The position numbers and the translations under genes were made by a program. The notes beneath the pieces are model-generated. The model was given only the letters and a program-made list of their open reading frames with translations. It made no database searches and was not told where the DNA came from. From positions 15,190,001-15,254,000 of the forward strand of contig CP075495.1 in the NCBI GenBank assembly GCA_021613535.1: DNA of 64,000 bases, read 5' to 3'. Source of the DNA: Adineta vaga (Eukaryota; Animalia; Rotifera). Shown one piece after another: positions 11,851 through 25,200 of this stretch (within the stretch, counting starts at the first letter, position 1; the number at the start of each line of letters is the position of its first letter).

Positions 11851-13936
11851 ATGATGATATTCTCATCTCTTCTGATCTATTTTATTATTATTTTAAACTT
11901 TTATTCAATCGAATCGAGACATTTTCTTGGTGGAACAATTTCATGGAAAGTAATAAATAATAAAAATCTAACAAATTCCACCGTACCTGTCGTATTTACT
12001 CAATCATATCAATGGAAAGAAGCAGCGACATATTGTAGTCAATCTCTTATCTATGTTTATCCACCTTTACCATCAAATCCTGATATACTTCAATGTGTTA
12101 GTTCAGTCAATTCTTGTGGAGGTTACAACACCGTCAGCACGCAAGGATATTGTACTGATTCGAGTACTGTTGCTGATACACGGGCAAGTCAAATTTTTCA
12201 TACGGAGAATATTACAATTGGATCACAGTTTTGTATTGCATTTCAAAATATGTATTGGATGACACTGCAAGCACCTTCATGTACTACTAATTGTCCATTA
12301 ACATCTGCTAAATGGTCAATTGGATCATGTATTGATTTAACAATCCGACCCGGTGGATTTATTAATACATCACCAGTGGCAACAGTGATTTCTCGTATGT
12401 ATGAATATATATTTTCTTTGTGTGTTATTCGAAATTATCTATACTTTAGCTGTTAAAGTTCCAAAAAATAGCGTTACAAATATCAAGATTCCTGTTCTCG
12501 ATGTTGATAATGATATTGTAAAGTAAATAACTAAAATATTTCAAATTACTTTCCTATAGTTCGATGATTCCATTTAAGATGTCGTTGGGCGATGAATACA
12601 GCAATATTAGATGAATGTGGTGATGTTTGCGGTACTATATTTGGAAGTCATCTTGACAATAACAACTGTATATTAACATTTAATAGTACAGGAAAAACTG
12701 TTGGAGATTTCTATGCTGCTACTTTAATGATAGAAGATTTTGCCAATGAAACATCAAACAAATCATTCAGTAGTATTCCAATACAATTTCTTATTGAAAT
12801 TGTTGATGTACCTTTATGTCCTTCGAAACCAACGATTAGTTTAAATTTATCAGAATGTGTTGCTATTCAAGTTGGAATTGAATTTAATTTTACTGTAATT
12901 ATTTCACAAGGATGTCCAAATACACCGATATTGGATTTGGTTACACTATCACCATTAAAGATGTCTAAAAGTAGTCTTATTCGAATAGGAGCCAGTAATC
13001 AGTGGACAGTATCACATAAATGGATACCAATGATGGAACAAATAGGTTCTCAAATATATTGTGCCATGGCAATTGATAAGTAAGATACTTTAGTAAATCA
13101 CAATGTTTGTTTTATTCAAGTTTGATTTCAGTGTCGACGTGACATCGGATCAATACTGTGTAACATTCACCGTTGTTGATTTAAATCAAAATCTTCTATG
13201 TATGTCATTGTAAACTTTTTGTCGCGTTTTTATTGAACTCTTAGGTCCTGGTGAAACGAACAACAAGCACATCAACAAGTTCTAGTACTTCAACAACAAC
13301 AACAGCAACAACAAGTACTTCAACGACATCAATCATTATAACAGGTTAATTAGAAGATTTTTCTGATTCTAATATCTGTTCTTTTATAACATAGTATTAG
13401 TACCAATAGAATCCAATGATGATTCTCGCTTAGTTGCAATAGGTCTGACTTTTGGTATACTCATGTTATCGCTGCTTTTTGGATTATGTCTTTATTGTTG
13501 CTGTTGTCGTGAACTATGCAACGCTTTCTGGTATTTTATCATGATCAACAAAAAAATAAATAAATAAGACTGAATATTTCTTTTTAGTGGAAAAATTCGT
13601 CGACGATTTCGTAATCGTACTGAAGATATTGATGATAACTATAATTGGAATGAAACATTTACTGATAATTCAAGTGAACGAAGAAATGTTCCAAATTCAT
13701 CAACTGATTATCGTCAATTATATATTAATGAGAGAAATAATTCTCAAATGAATTATCGACCTTTTTCTCCAGCAGAAAGTTCATTTCGTTCAATCTTATC
13801 ACCGACTGTTTGTGGACTTCCAAGTGATTATGTTTCTCGCACTCGCACAAGAACAAGTTTCAATTCGACAAATCATGGTTCAATCTTAGTTCAAGCATAT
13901 ATAACTCAAGAGAGTCAAAAATCAATCGATTTATAA
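11851..13936 (+). CDS. Type I membrane cell-surface protein ('HFLGGTISW' / integrin-beta-like family) with Thr/Ser stalk
   Basis: Signal peptide MMIFSSLLIYFIIILNFYSIES, then HFLGGTISW, NTSPVAT, IPVLDVDNDIVKCRWA..DECGDVC, a Thr-rich stalk (~13260-13345), TM helix LVAIGLTFGILMLSLLFGLCLY followed by CCCC, and a Ser/Arg-rich tail; short introns. Confidence 0.7.
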
Positions 13937-14083
13937 TAGGTTTATATACAAAACGACAAATTTTTCGAGACGACGATATTTATTTGCTCAATAAATATAA
14001 AATACAACACAACAATAAAAGCTTGTTTTCGATTATTTGCATGGTTTTGAAAAAGTAGATAGAGAATATAAGAAATTGCGTGA

Positions 14084-16549
14084 TCATTCTTCCCAAAATC
14101 CTTCAATTTCTGTTAATCTTTTATGTTTTGTTTCTGGCATCTGAAATAAAAGTGTAGTTTTTTTAAATGAAGAACAGATAATAATTGATCTACCTTCATA
14201 TAAAGAAAGAGAAACGATATTAAAGAACAAACACAAAAGACGAGAAAAACATAACTTCCAAATGCTGATTGAATTAATGGAAATAGAATTACAACGACTA
14301 GAAATACAAAAAACGATTCATTTTAATCGTATCTTCTAAAGAAATAATAACATACTTAAATTTGTTATAAAAATAAAAAAGATCGTAACAGAATGTGCGA
14401 CAGGTCGAATACTAATTGCAAATACTTCATTTGGGTAGAGAAAAGGTATAGGCCCAAGCCCGACAGCAAATAGCATAATATATAGAAGTATCAAAAACAC
14501 GGTTCCAACAGCCAAACCCTCTGATAAAAATGACAAAAATTGAATACGTAAACATAGGTTTTTTCAACTCTACCTGGATTAACTTGTAAAAATATACAAA
14601 GTAAAATCATTATGATAACTGTTAATGCCAATGGATAGATAATTAACGGACGTCGACCAAATTTTTCAATTAGTTTGATCGATGCAATCGTTGCAACTAA
14701 ATTTACTAAACCAGTTGATAAACCACCCCAATAAACGTTTTCATTAACAAAACCCATTGTCGCAAATACTGAACCAGAATAATAAAATACCTAAGATAAA
14801 ATTTAGAATTGATCTTTTTTAGAATAAAATAAAATATACTTACTGAATTAATACCAGAAAATTGAGCTGAACCACTAACAAATAAACTTGTTATTAATGG
14901 CCAACGAAATCGAGGTGAGGTAAATAAGCGTATCAAAGATGCATCTTGAGAACTAACGGTAGCTTCTTGTCGTTCAATTTCGTCTAATTCGGCATCGATT
15001 TGATTACTTTGACGAAGAATACGTAAGATTTCCGTAGCTTCAGCTTTACGACGTTCTTGTGCAAGCCATCGTGGACTTTCATGTAAAGTCCACATTAAAA
15101 AACAACCAACTAAAGGAAATATTCCAATCCATGCCATACCCCAATGCCATTTACTAGAAAAGACAAATAATTATCTAAATGAAATGATTATAAACTTTTA
15201 CTCATGTTGACCAAGTAACCAAGGAAGACTGGTAATTTGACCAACAAGTATACCAATAACGATTAATAATTGATGATATGTTACTATTTCACCACGCATT
15301 GTTCGAGGACTAATATCAGTTAGATAAATTGGTGTTACAACACAACTTAGACCTACAAATATCCTACATAAGCGAAAACATTGAAATGAAAGAAGACTTG
15401 CCAGCGGAACAACCAGAAAGAAAACGTGATACATAAAATAAACCTATTGCCAAATCTTTATTTTCTAATGCATTCCTTATTTGCAAGAGAGTTGGATCAT
15501 CTAAATCATATGCATGATACATTTGTAATGTGCAAATCATCAAAATTGATGCGACGATTTGAAATAACATTGCCATAATAAGTGCATTTCGTCTATTTAC
15601 AAAATCTGTATAATCGAAAAAAGGAACGACATCTTATTTATACAAACCTTGTTAAAAATAAATACCAATATTGTCCAGTAAAACCTCCAACTGCTGCTCC
15701 AATAACAAAAATAATTCCATGAAGTGAATCAATAAAATTTTGTGCAACACGTCGTTTTTCTGGAATAGAAGGTAAATAATAATAACCATTTCGATTTTTC
15801 GATGCTGTATTGACATAATCACATCCTAACCAGATATGTGCGATCCATTGAGATGTACTACCTTCTTTTTGACAAGGAAATGGATATCCTCGTAACCATG
15901 GAGTGATAAACTGTAAATATCATAAATTAAAGATAAACATCTTTTGAAAACTAAAATTTATTACTCCATTGTACAAGCTGGGACCACCTGTGTTGACTCC
16001 CATCACAAAACTTGTTGAAAACGTTACAACAATTACAGCCCATACTAATGGTTTTGTCCATTTCTAAAGAAGAAATTTACAATTTGCATTATTTATGCAT
16101 AAATTTCATATGTCAATCATGGAAACTATACAAAAGTAGTACAAACAAACGGACAAACATCCGTTCAATTGAAGTCAATTGAAATCTAATAAACATTTTA
16201 CTTAGACTTAAATAAGTCTCAAAATATAAATTAAGGGATTCATTTTTTCATTTTATATCTTTAAAAAAGTCGATTACTTAAATATTACTAAGGTTACTGA
16301 GACTAGAGCTTTTGTAAAACTTCTTATGACGCTTTTACTAAATGAAGTATTTTCTATTGTAATTTCAATCATTGTTGTCATGTTCAACAAAACTAAAAAA
16401 TTCTCTAATTTATCTATAATTTGCTGATCCTTAGTTTTTACCTGACGATTATTGATGAGTTGAAAATCTTCTGGAACAATCACAGCAGTAGCATGAGCTA
16501 TGCCTGATTCGATTTCACGTATAATATTTCGACCTTGTGATGACTTCAT
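14084..16549 (-). CDS. SLC2A/GLUT facilitative sugar transporter
   Basis: Sugar-porter motifs SRFLSG, P.YL.DISP..MRG, HESPRWL, QFSGINSVFYYS, IEKFGRRPL, GLGPIPF and PETK. Exon 1 MKSSQG..NNRQ|gtaaaa splices to KWTKPLVW. Confidence 0.9.
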
Positions 16550-17860
16550 TCGTCACTACGTTAATGTACTTGATGAGAAAAGAGGAGAACGAATTTTCTG
16601 TGTAATTCCTTTCTTTTTTTCCTCTGTATTTATAGATCGATGAAAACTATATACGAAGAAATATTTCTTTTTCTTTTTGGTAGATTCTCAAAATAAGAAA
16701 TCTTCTAACATTTTTTTTATCTATATCAATTGTAAAACTTCGATATTCAATGATTAAAAACGATATTGTTCTATTCGAAATAAATGATCGTTTTCTATTT
16801 GAAACAATGAAATTGTATTTTTACACCGTTGATGAAAAATCTGTTTGTTTGTTCAAATTGTTACAGAGATATTCGTTGTTTTCCTCTGGATAATATTGTT
16901 GTCATAATGAATAAATCTACCATTTTTCTATGATTTCAACTCATGACACATTGCACTTAGATTAATCTTATTCGATGTTTTTGTCTTTTAATACTGAATC
17001 TATAGTATTATGCAATGCTTCATATTATTTGTCCAGGCAATTCTTATTCTAATTAAATAATACCTAACAAAAATGTATTTCATATAAGGATTCGAAACGT
17101 ATTTTACTGTTTTATGATAAAAGTACTTTGTGAGAACAACAGAATCCTTTTATTACTATACTATCAGTTATAAGAGAGTCATCTTGACACTATTTTTTTT
17201 AAATACATTAATGTTACTGATTTTGTATACATCGTGCCTTTGCTATGAAATAACATTATTCTTTTTCTTCAACTCGATGTCAGTATAAACATTTATTGTC
17301 TAAAGATTAAGAAACAATTGATCAAGTTAACCAACGTATGAATGAACAACTGAGTCTGAAAATCATGTAAAAAAATAGTTAAGCATTTATAAATCATTCC
17401 AGTTATTCATTATGTAATCTTATCATAAGTTCAATGATTGACAGAAAAAACGCAATAACATTTGTTGATTGAGTACGTACAGAAGAATAAAAAAAGAAGA
17501 ATCATATAATGTCTCAATAGTATTTTTTTTTCTTCTTCCTTCTTTCTTGTCTTAGTCGTAATGTACTGAATCAACTCAACTCGAAGATATTTGATGTATT
17601 CTATACAATAGACATACATTCTTGCACGATCACATGGTTCTCTTTTTCTTTTTCTTTCTTTTGCACGATATAATACGCATATAACGGGAAGAAAATACTC
17701 ACATCCTATTTACTTTCTATACATTATCATTCTATTTTTTTTTGTACTCTATGAATGCGATACAATAAAAATCGGATTAAGTCGTCTTATGGTTTAATAG
17801 ATCAGTCTCTTTTTAAAGTTCAATGAAAAATTTTACATCATTTTATCCTTTCAAATAGTG

Positions 17861-19432
17861 ATGATATCGAAAAAACGATCAATATTTTCTGCTGAAGAAA
17901 AACGAAATATCATTATTTATATATTCGGAATTGTTCTTTATAAATTTGGATTAGAAGCATTTAATGGTTCAATCATAACTTTGGCAACAAATCGATTTGA
18001 TCGAGATGCATTGAAAAGTCGTGTCACACCACATACATTCGAAAAAGTTGGATTAGTTGCTGGTTTAAATCAAGCATTACAATGTGTTGGTGCGATCTGT
18101 ATTTCACCTCTAATTAAACATTGGCCTACACGAAATGTTCTTTCAATTGCTATTTTTATCTTTGGTTTATGTACAGCTATTTTAATCATTCTTGATTCAG
18201 CGACAGGTGGTTATATAAAACCAAAAAATTTTAATTCAACAAATAAAAATGATTTTAGTTATTATGGTGATTATAAATCGGATTGGATTATATTAATTTT
18301 TGGTTTGACTGGTATTGCTTATGGAACAGTAGAATCCATTAATCGAGTTATTCCAACTGATATTGTAGGAAATCATATTGAAAAATTACAAAGATTTGAT
18401 GCATTAGTTCATATTTTCTATGCTATTTCGGGAGCCATTGGTGCATTTATTACTGGTCTTATTTTAATACCAAAACTTGGTAATAATTATGCATTTATTA
18501 TTACACCTATTCTATTTACTGCATCAGGAATGGTTTGGTCATTGATGAGTTCTTTTAAGAAAAAGAAAACCAAACGAAAAAATCAACTCGTCACAATTGA
18601 AAAGAAATCAAAATCAAATTATTTGAAAATTATTCTGAGAAAAATCATTGCTTTTGGACAATCTATTTATATAGGTGGAAAAATTATTCTTAGCAATCGA
18701 AAATATATTTGGTTGTACAGTTGTTATTCATTAACACTCTATGCTCATCGATATCTTGAAGATGGAATTGCACCACAAGTTGCTCGACGATATTTGGGTA
18801 ATTCTGCTTGGTCAGAAATTATTATTGGTGGCTCAAATTTTGGTGAATTACTTGGTTCTTTTTGTCTCTTATTTTTATCAAATTCAATTCGAACACCAAT
18901 ACCTTGGTTAAGAATAAGTGCATTGATTTTACTTGTTATTTGGTATGTTCCATTTTACTACCCTTCATTTCATAGTATTAAACATGCTTGGTTTGTTGCT
19001 TTAACATTTCTTCCTATTTCATTTGGATGGGCAGCTAGTGATATTGCACTTACTGCTCACATACAATCTGCAATGACACGTCTCGAACCTTTATATGAAG
19101 ATATTTCTGTACTTGGAGCAGTAATGTCATTTCTTTATTCATCTTATATTATTATTTATGCAATTGCAAATCCATTTCTTGGAAAATTTATTGATAAAAC
19201 TTATGAAAAAACTGGAACGATAAGACCAGCACTTATTTATACAGCCGGTGTTCAATTTACAATTATTATGATAATTGTATTAATATCGACTTTTATTCCA
19301 CCTGGTGCATTAGCTTGGAATCCTACAATAACTGATAATAATGAAGATGATGAAGATTCATCAGAGGATACGGATAATTCAAATGAATTACTTGGTACGA
19401 ATCATCCTCATGATGAATTGAACACGAAATGA
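17861..19432 (+). CDS. Multi-pass MFS-type transporter of fungal-like family
   Basis: Uninterrupted 524-aa ORF with ~12 hydrophobic segments, N-terminal EKRNIIIYIFGIVLYKFGLEAFNGSI and an acidic tail. A possible small upstream exon starts at ATG ~17755 (MRYNKNRIKSSY). Confidence 0.75.
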   Translation: MISKKRSIFSAEEKRNIIIYIFGIVLYKFGLEAFNGSIITLATNRFDRDALKSRVTPHTFEKVGLVAGLNQALQCVGAICISPLIKHWPTRNVLSIAIFIFGLCTAILIILDSATGGYIKPKNFNSTNKNDFSYYGDYKSDWIILIFGLTGIAYGTVESINRVIPTDIVGNHIEKLQRFDALVHIFYAISGAIGAFITGLILIPKLGNNYAFIITPILFTASGMVWSLMSSFKKKKTKRKNQLVTIEKKSKSNYLKIILRKIIAFGQSIYIGGKIILSNRKYIWLYSCYSLTLYAHRYLEDGIAPQVARRYLGNSAWSEIIIGGSNFGELLGSFCLLFLSNSIRTPIPWLRISALILLVIWYVPFYYPSFHSIKHAWFVALTFLPISFGWAASDIALTAHIQSAMTRLEPLYEDISVLGAVMSFLYSSYIIIYAIANPFLGKFIDKTYEKTGTIRPALIYTAGVQFTIIMIIVLISTFIPPGALAWNPTITDNNEDDEDSSEDTDNSNELLGTNHPHDELNTK

Positions 19433-20085
19433 ATAAAGTTAAATATTTGATTTTTGTAACTGTTTTTTATTTAAATAGAACTGAAAAGAAAAAAATCATG
19501 TTTATATGCATTGACATTTCTTTAATATATATGAACAGGAAAATAATATCATGATACAATTTAATCTTTGCTTTTAAAGCAGAAGCAGCAGTAGGAAGAC
19601 AAAATACTTAATGTGAATCGGTCAAAGATGAGCCTCACCCACACCCACACCCTCATGTAAAATATATGCATAAGTTGCGAGAAATACTTTCTGTGCGTAA
19701 GGATCTCGACTCAGACTATTTAGATATAATTAAAAGAATTTATGGATTGTTTTCTCATTGATTGATGCGTAAAACAACATCGTCGAGTGCATAACATGCC
19801 TACCGATTCAATAAGAATTTCTTTGTTATACTCTTTTATTGATAGTGTCATTTAACCGATTGTCGGCCGCGTGTTCAATGTTAAAAACAGCGGAACATAT
19901 GTATATATATTTCTCATCATTAATGCTTATGCTTTCCCCTGTAGGTCAAATTACAAGTCAACCACGGAAAACCGATCTAATTATGTGCGTCATTCATCTG
20001 TTAGATAAATTATGCATAACTGCCAGCTTAGTAAGATTTCGTAGCTACTTTTCGACCTAATTTATGTTACAATTAGGTCAAAAAG

Positions 20086-20214
20086 CACGTGACTTAGGAA
20101 GCATTACGACTTGACTTGGGAAGCATTGCGACTTGACTCGACTTGACTTGGAAATTTTTTTGATAGCTATTGACTTGACTTGACTTGTAGAAACCTCTGA
20201 CTTGCCCATCTCTG
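20086..20214 (-). mobile_element. Probable DNA-transposon end (hAT-like terminus with subterminal GACTT repeats)
   Basis: About ten GACTT/TTGAC units ending in GACTTGCCCATCTCTG (reverse complement CAGAGATGGGCAAGTC). No partner end was found. Confidence 0.4.
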
Positions 20215-20568
20215 AATTTTACATTAAAGGTAAAGATCAATTTTTCATATTAAATATATCGTTCTTTAAGCGAATAAAACAGTGTTACATATTGTATGAG
20301 AGGGATTGAACAGAATTAAATTCAAGAAACATATCTGCAAGATAAGATGCGGATCTAAAATCCTCTGGGATATATTTTTTATATGTACGATATATAATTC
20401 CAAATAGATATCCAACATTAAGCGTTCTGTATCGTATATTTTGGCTTCTATCCAGTTAATACCTCCCTGTATTTACGAACCAACGTCTTTGTCTTTGTGA
20501 ATGTGCATAAGATGAAATTTATTATATGAAAGATAGTTGAAAGTACTTTTTCACTTGTTTTGTTTTTG

Positions 20569-21264
20569 ATGCCAAAACTTTTTTATCCTGCTTTTCAAAT
20601 AATACAAAAATCAAAAAAACTTCGAATAATCGAACACATGCGTACCAGGTTCCAACGGCATCTGAACCGATCAATAATGCTCATGGATTTAATAGGCCAC
20701 AATTACATTCGATTCGTCGTAATCAAAATAACTATCCTGTTGAACACAGAAATTTCTTAAGAACCAGGGAATCAGTTAGTGATCGCAATACAACGCATCA
20801 TTTACATGACTCAAATGGAATACGTTTTACTGCACATGAACCGAGTGATTCATCATTGTCGGACTCTGATATTTTCCAACAACCAAGATCTACTCAACAG
20901 GTGAATTTATCAAATCCATCGTTTTCGACGTTAAATAGACATTCAGTTATAAATCACAACAGCGTTGATCGCTCAAATGTAAATACACCAGCATATTTTT
21001 ATCGACGTCATTATTATGATAATGATATACCAATTGGGATAAATACTGGTAAAATATTTCAAGATAATCAACAAGTAGGATGACATTGAGGAATATGTTT
21101 TATTTATTTGATTAATTTTTGTATAGATGGTACCAAGCAATAAATCGAATTCGCGTTCGTCTAGTGTTAATGGTCGTAAATCATCTAGTGAAACATTATT
21201 TACTGTTGGTACTCCAAGCAACTATTCGAATGAAGCAGCTGAAGTGCCTGCAATGTATTTATAA
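20569..21264 (+). CDS. Candidate two-exon Ser/Asn/Arg-rich disordered protein, apparently frameshifted at a 5' T-run
   Basis: Stop-free frame 20541-21074, intron gtagga..gtatag (21075-21126), then exon MVPSNKS..PAMYL*. The ATG at 20569 joins the frame only with one extra T (MPKLFLSCF..). Confidence 0.4.
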
Positions 21265-21441
21265 GAGAATTTTGAAATTATTTGGTTTTTACCTACTGAT
21301 TGATAATAGGAATGAAATTGTAAAGAGAAACATGGATAAAGTGGAGATTTCTGAATATACATTTCATGAATTGATGGAATTTTTTTCATTATCTTCAATC
21401 TTTGTATTGAAAATATTTTCGTATTTGAAGCTGATATCTTT

Positions 21442-21738
21442 TTGTTATTCATTTTTCATTTTCTCGTTTTCTATATAATTATAAATTCATTTTTGGAAAA
21501 ATATATTGATCAAGTATATAAAAAGAATGACTCGTTAAGACTACCTCTTGTTTGTACAGCGAGTATTCAATTTAGAATTATTATGATAATTGTATTAATA
21601 TCGACTTTTATTCCACCTGGTGCATTTGGTTGGAATCCGACAATAACTGATGATAATGAAGATTCATCAGAGGATACAGATAATTCAAATGAATTACTCG
21701 GTACGAATCATCCTCATAATGAAATCAACATTGCTTAA
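21442..21738 (+). pseudogene. Partial duplicate of the 3' end of the MFS gene at 17861-19432
   Basis: IIMIIVLISTFIPPGAFGWNPTITDDNEDSSEDTDNSNELLGTNHPH nearly matches the MFS C-terminus; no 5' portion is present. Confidence 0.85.
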
Positions 21739-22253
21739 CTGAAGTTTTTCTCGTCAATAGAACAGTTTCAATGTTTGATCGTTTTCGTATTTTTTTTCTA
21801 TACGAAGAGAATATTAAAAGAAAATTTTCATGTACTTTATGTGAATAACCAGTGAAAATGATTAGGCTAGAATATTTACGCATATAAATATGCAGATCGG
21901 AGATGAAGACTTCCTGTTTCCCTGTCTACCTATTGATGAAGATATGAGAAGTATAGTCTATTATCACTCTCTATACGTGACGAAATAAGCTCATATTTCT
22001 CGTTCGATTTAGTTTTAGATAATCGAAAAAAGTATATCTAACTATAATAGGGTCTGTTCGAACTAAGATCTTCAATAAAGAAAACCTATACTAATGAATG
22101 AATGAATCAATATAATTTATATAAGTTGTCGAACTGAATATCTATTTATAAATCGGAACTACAAGTTTATACTTATCGAATGTATCTGAGACAGTTTTAT
22201 TATCTTAAATACACTTTTCTTTAAAAAAATAAGATTTTAAACTTTTTAGGTGT

Positions 22254-25200
22254 CTAATATTGACAACAATCGATCAATACTAGGTCTTCCATTGTTTCTC
22301 GATCATATGAATATAATGGGTTTAGTTCATAAATGGATAATGCTCGTCGATAATAGTCTAATGCGATTTTAAATTGATTAAAATATTCATAATATGTGCC
22401 CATTTTTGATAAACTTTCGGCAATCCTCGGATCATTTGCTAGTAATGTTCTTTCACATATTGAAAAGATTTTCATCTCATAAAATAAGGACAAATCATAA
22501 TGGTCACAAGATTCATGAATTTTACTGTGATACATCAAATTATACACTATACGTAAATCTTCAGAAGGTAGGTTGGCTTCTCTGATTTCTAAACAACTTT
22601 CAAAATGTTTAATTGCATGAGCATAAAGTTCTTGTTCAAAGAATATAGTTGCCATGGATTCCAAAGCATTTATTATCAAATAATAATTAGTTGGAGCAAA
22701 CTCATTTAGCATCAGTACTGATCGTGAATAATAATCAATAGAATCTTCGAATTTTCTTTCTCTGTTTTTAAGAGCAGCAATATCTTGTAAACTAAAAATA
22801 ATATCTATATAAGATTCTGGATAATGTTTTTCTCGAATCGATAGTAATCGTTCTCGATAGTTTATTTCATTTTCAGAGTCACTACAATTATTCAAACAAC
22901 TAATTATATTTATGACACTTGAAATTATATCTTGAATAGAAGATGAACCGTATTTCTCGTAGATTACCAATGCTTTTTCATAATAATCTTTTGCTTCAAC
23001 GTACTTGTGTTCCTGTTCTCTTGTTATTCCAATATCCTGTAATACATAAGCAATATTTGCATACTCTAAAGGACAATACATTTCTCGCATATTTAATAAT
23101 CTTTGTTGAAACTCAAAAGCTTCCGTATAGTTTCTTTGTCTTCGTAAAACATGAATAATATTTCGAAATATTGTGGCAATATATGTATAATCGAATGAAA
23201 CCAATTTCTCTTTAATTTCTAAAGCTCGTTGATAGAATTCAAAAGCTTCATTGTCTTTTCTTTCATTATATTTTATAGTTCCCATAGCATTATAATTAGA
23301 AGCAATACTTGCATGATTGACAGGACAGTACGTTTCGCGCATGTTCAATGATCTTTGTTGAATGCTCGATGATAGAATTCAAGAGCTTGATCAAACTTGT
23401 TTTGAGCATTTAATATATTACCTATATTAATTAAACCAGAAACAATCTTTGTACTATTTACAGGATATAAATTCTTTCGCATTTCAAATGCCTGTTGATA
23501 ATAACTGAGAGTTTCGTTAGCATTGCGTTGATCCTGATAAATATCACCAATAAGTTCTAAAGTAAAAATGATACTGGAGTGTCCCAATGGATAATATGTC
23601 TTTTGAATTGCAAGTGCTTGTTGTTGGTATTGAATAGCTTCATCAAAGGTTTTTTTCTCTCTTAATAAATTACCAATACTATTGAAACTATAAGAAATAT
23701 AAATATGATCTGGTGGATATAGGTTCTGTTGCATTTTTAACGCTCCTCGGTAGTAACCAAAAGATTGATCATAGTTATTTTGATTCAAAAACGCATGACC
23801 AATACTTATAAGTGCTGAACTCATTTCAATATTGTCAGATGAAAAATACTCTTCATACAATTTCAATGCACGATTATAGAAATCAATTGATTCAGTTATT
23901 TTCTTTTGTCATCGTAAAATATCTCCAGTATGAAGAAGAGAGATGCTAATATGAGCATAATACGATGAATAATATGTTTCTAACATAGTAAGAGCTTCTT
24001 GTTGAACACAGAGAGCTTTTTCATGATTAACGAGTGTTGATTGTACATTACTAATACCTGTTGGTATAACTCTAAAGCTTCTCCGTACCTTCCTTGTTCA
24101 TCTCTAATAGTGCCAATACCGTGCAAAATTTTAGCAATAGTATAATGACCAGATGGATATAGATTTTTGGTCATAACGAATATGCGTAGATAAATATCTA
24201 GTGCTTCTTCGAATTTTTGTTGATGAAAATAATAGAAAGCCATTGTCTGAAGAGTTCGAATAATATTTATATGACTTGATTGGTAATAGTTTTTATAAAT
24301 AGACATCGCTCGATTTAGATAACTAAATGCTTCATTGAACATACCGTTATAAAGTAGTGTTATACCAATATTATTAGAATTTGTTGCAATATCAACATGG
24401 TCATATTTATAATATTCTTCGCGAATGCTTAATGCTTGTTGAAAGTAAACATGTGTTTCATGATATTTCTTTGTTCTACGATGAATTCGACCAAGATTTT
24501 CTAAACTATCGGCAATATATGAATGAGTTGAAGGATAATATTCTTTTCTAATGGCTAAAGCTTTTTGATGGAATTCATTTGCTTCTTCATATTGTCCTTG
24601 TAAATGCAAAATATCACCAATATCAGAAAGTATCAAAGTAGAATCTTTAATACGACTTGGGTTAGCTTTTATTATTCGATCATAAGCACGATCATAAAAT
24701 ATTTGTGCTTCTTTCCATTCACCTTTCCAATAATAAGTTTGACCAATTGAATGTTCAATCCATGCTAAATCTTCGTTGCAGAAATCCTCATATAAATGTT
24801 CAAAATATTTTTGTGCTTGACTCCATCGATTCATATCACACATCAATTTACCAAAAATAATTGGAATACTAAGATTTTCTATTTGACGATGTATATCTTT
24901 AATATATTTTTCTATAATCAATTTTATCAACCATATTTGCCCTTTTTGCTCAATACATTCTAATTTAAATGTTGTATTTTAATCGAAGAGAATTGTATTT
25001 GATCGAGAAAGATTAGCAAAATTAAAATTATTCTGAACGTTCTTTAAATTACATTCAATTCGTAGTGTGATGTCAATTAATTCGTTTTCTTTCAAATTAC
25101 TTAATTGATTCTTTGTTATTTTGATTTGTTGATGAAAACAAAAGTTTTCTAAACCGGATTGAATGACTTTTTGATGTTCACAAGATAAACAATCGATAAG

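Noticed and set aside
20086-20214. Short repeats as a CRISPR array or telomeric repeat
   Set aside because: Irregular pentamers without unique spacers of constant length; eukaryotic context; not a regular telomere array.
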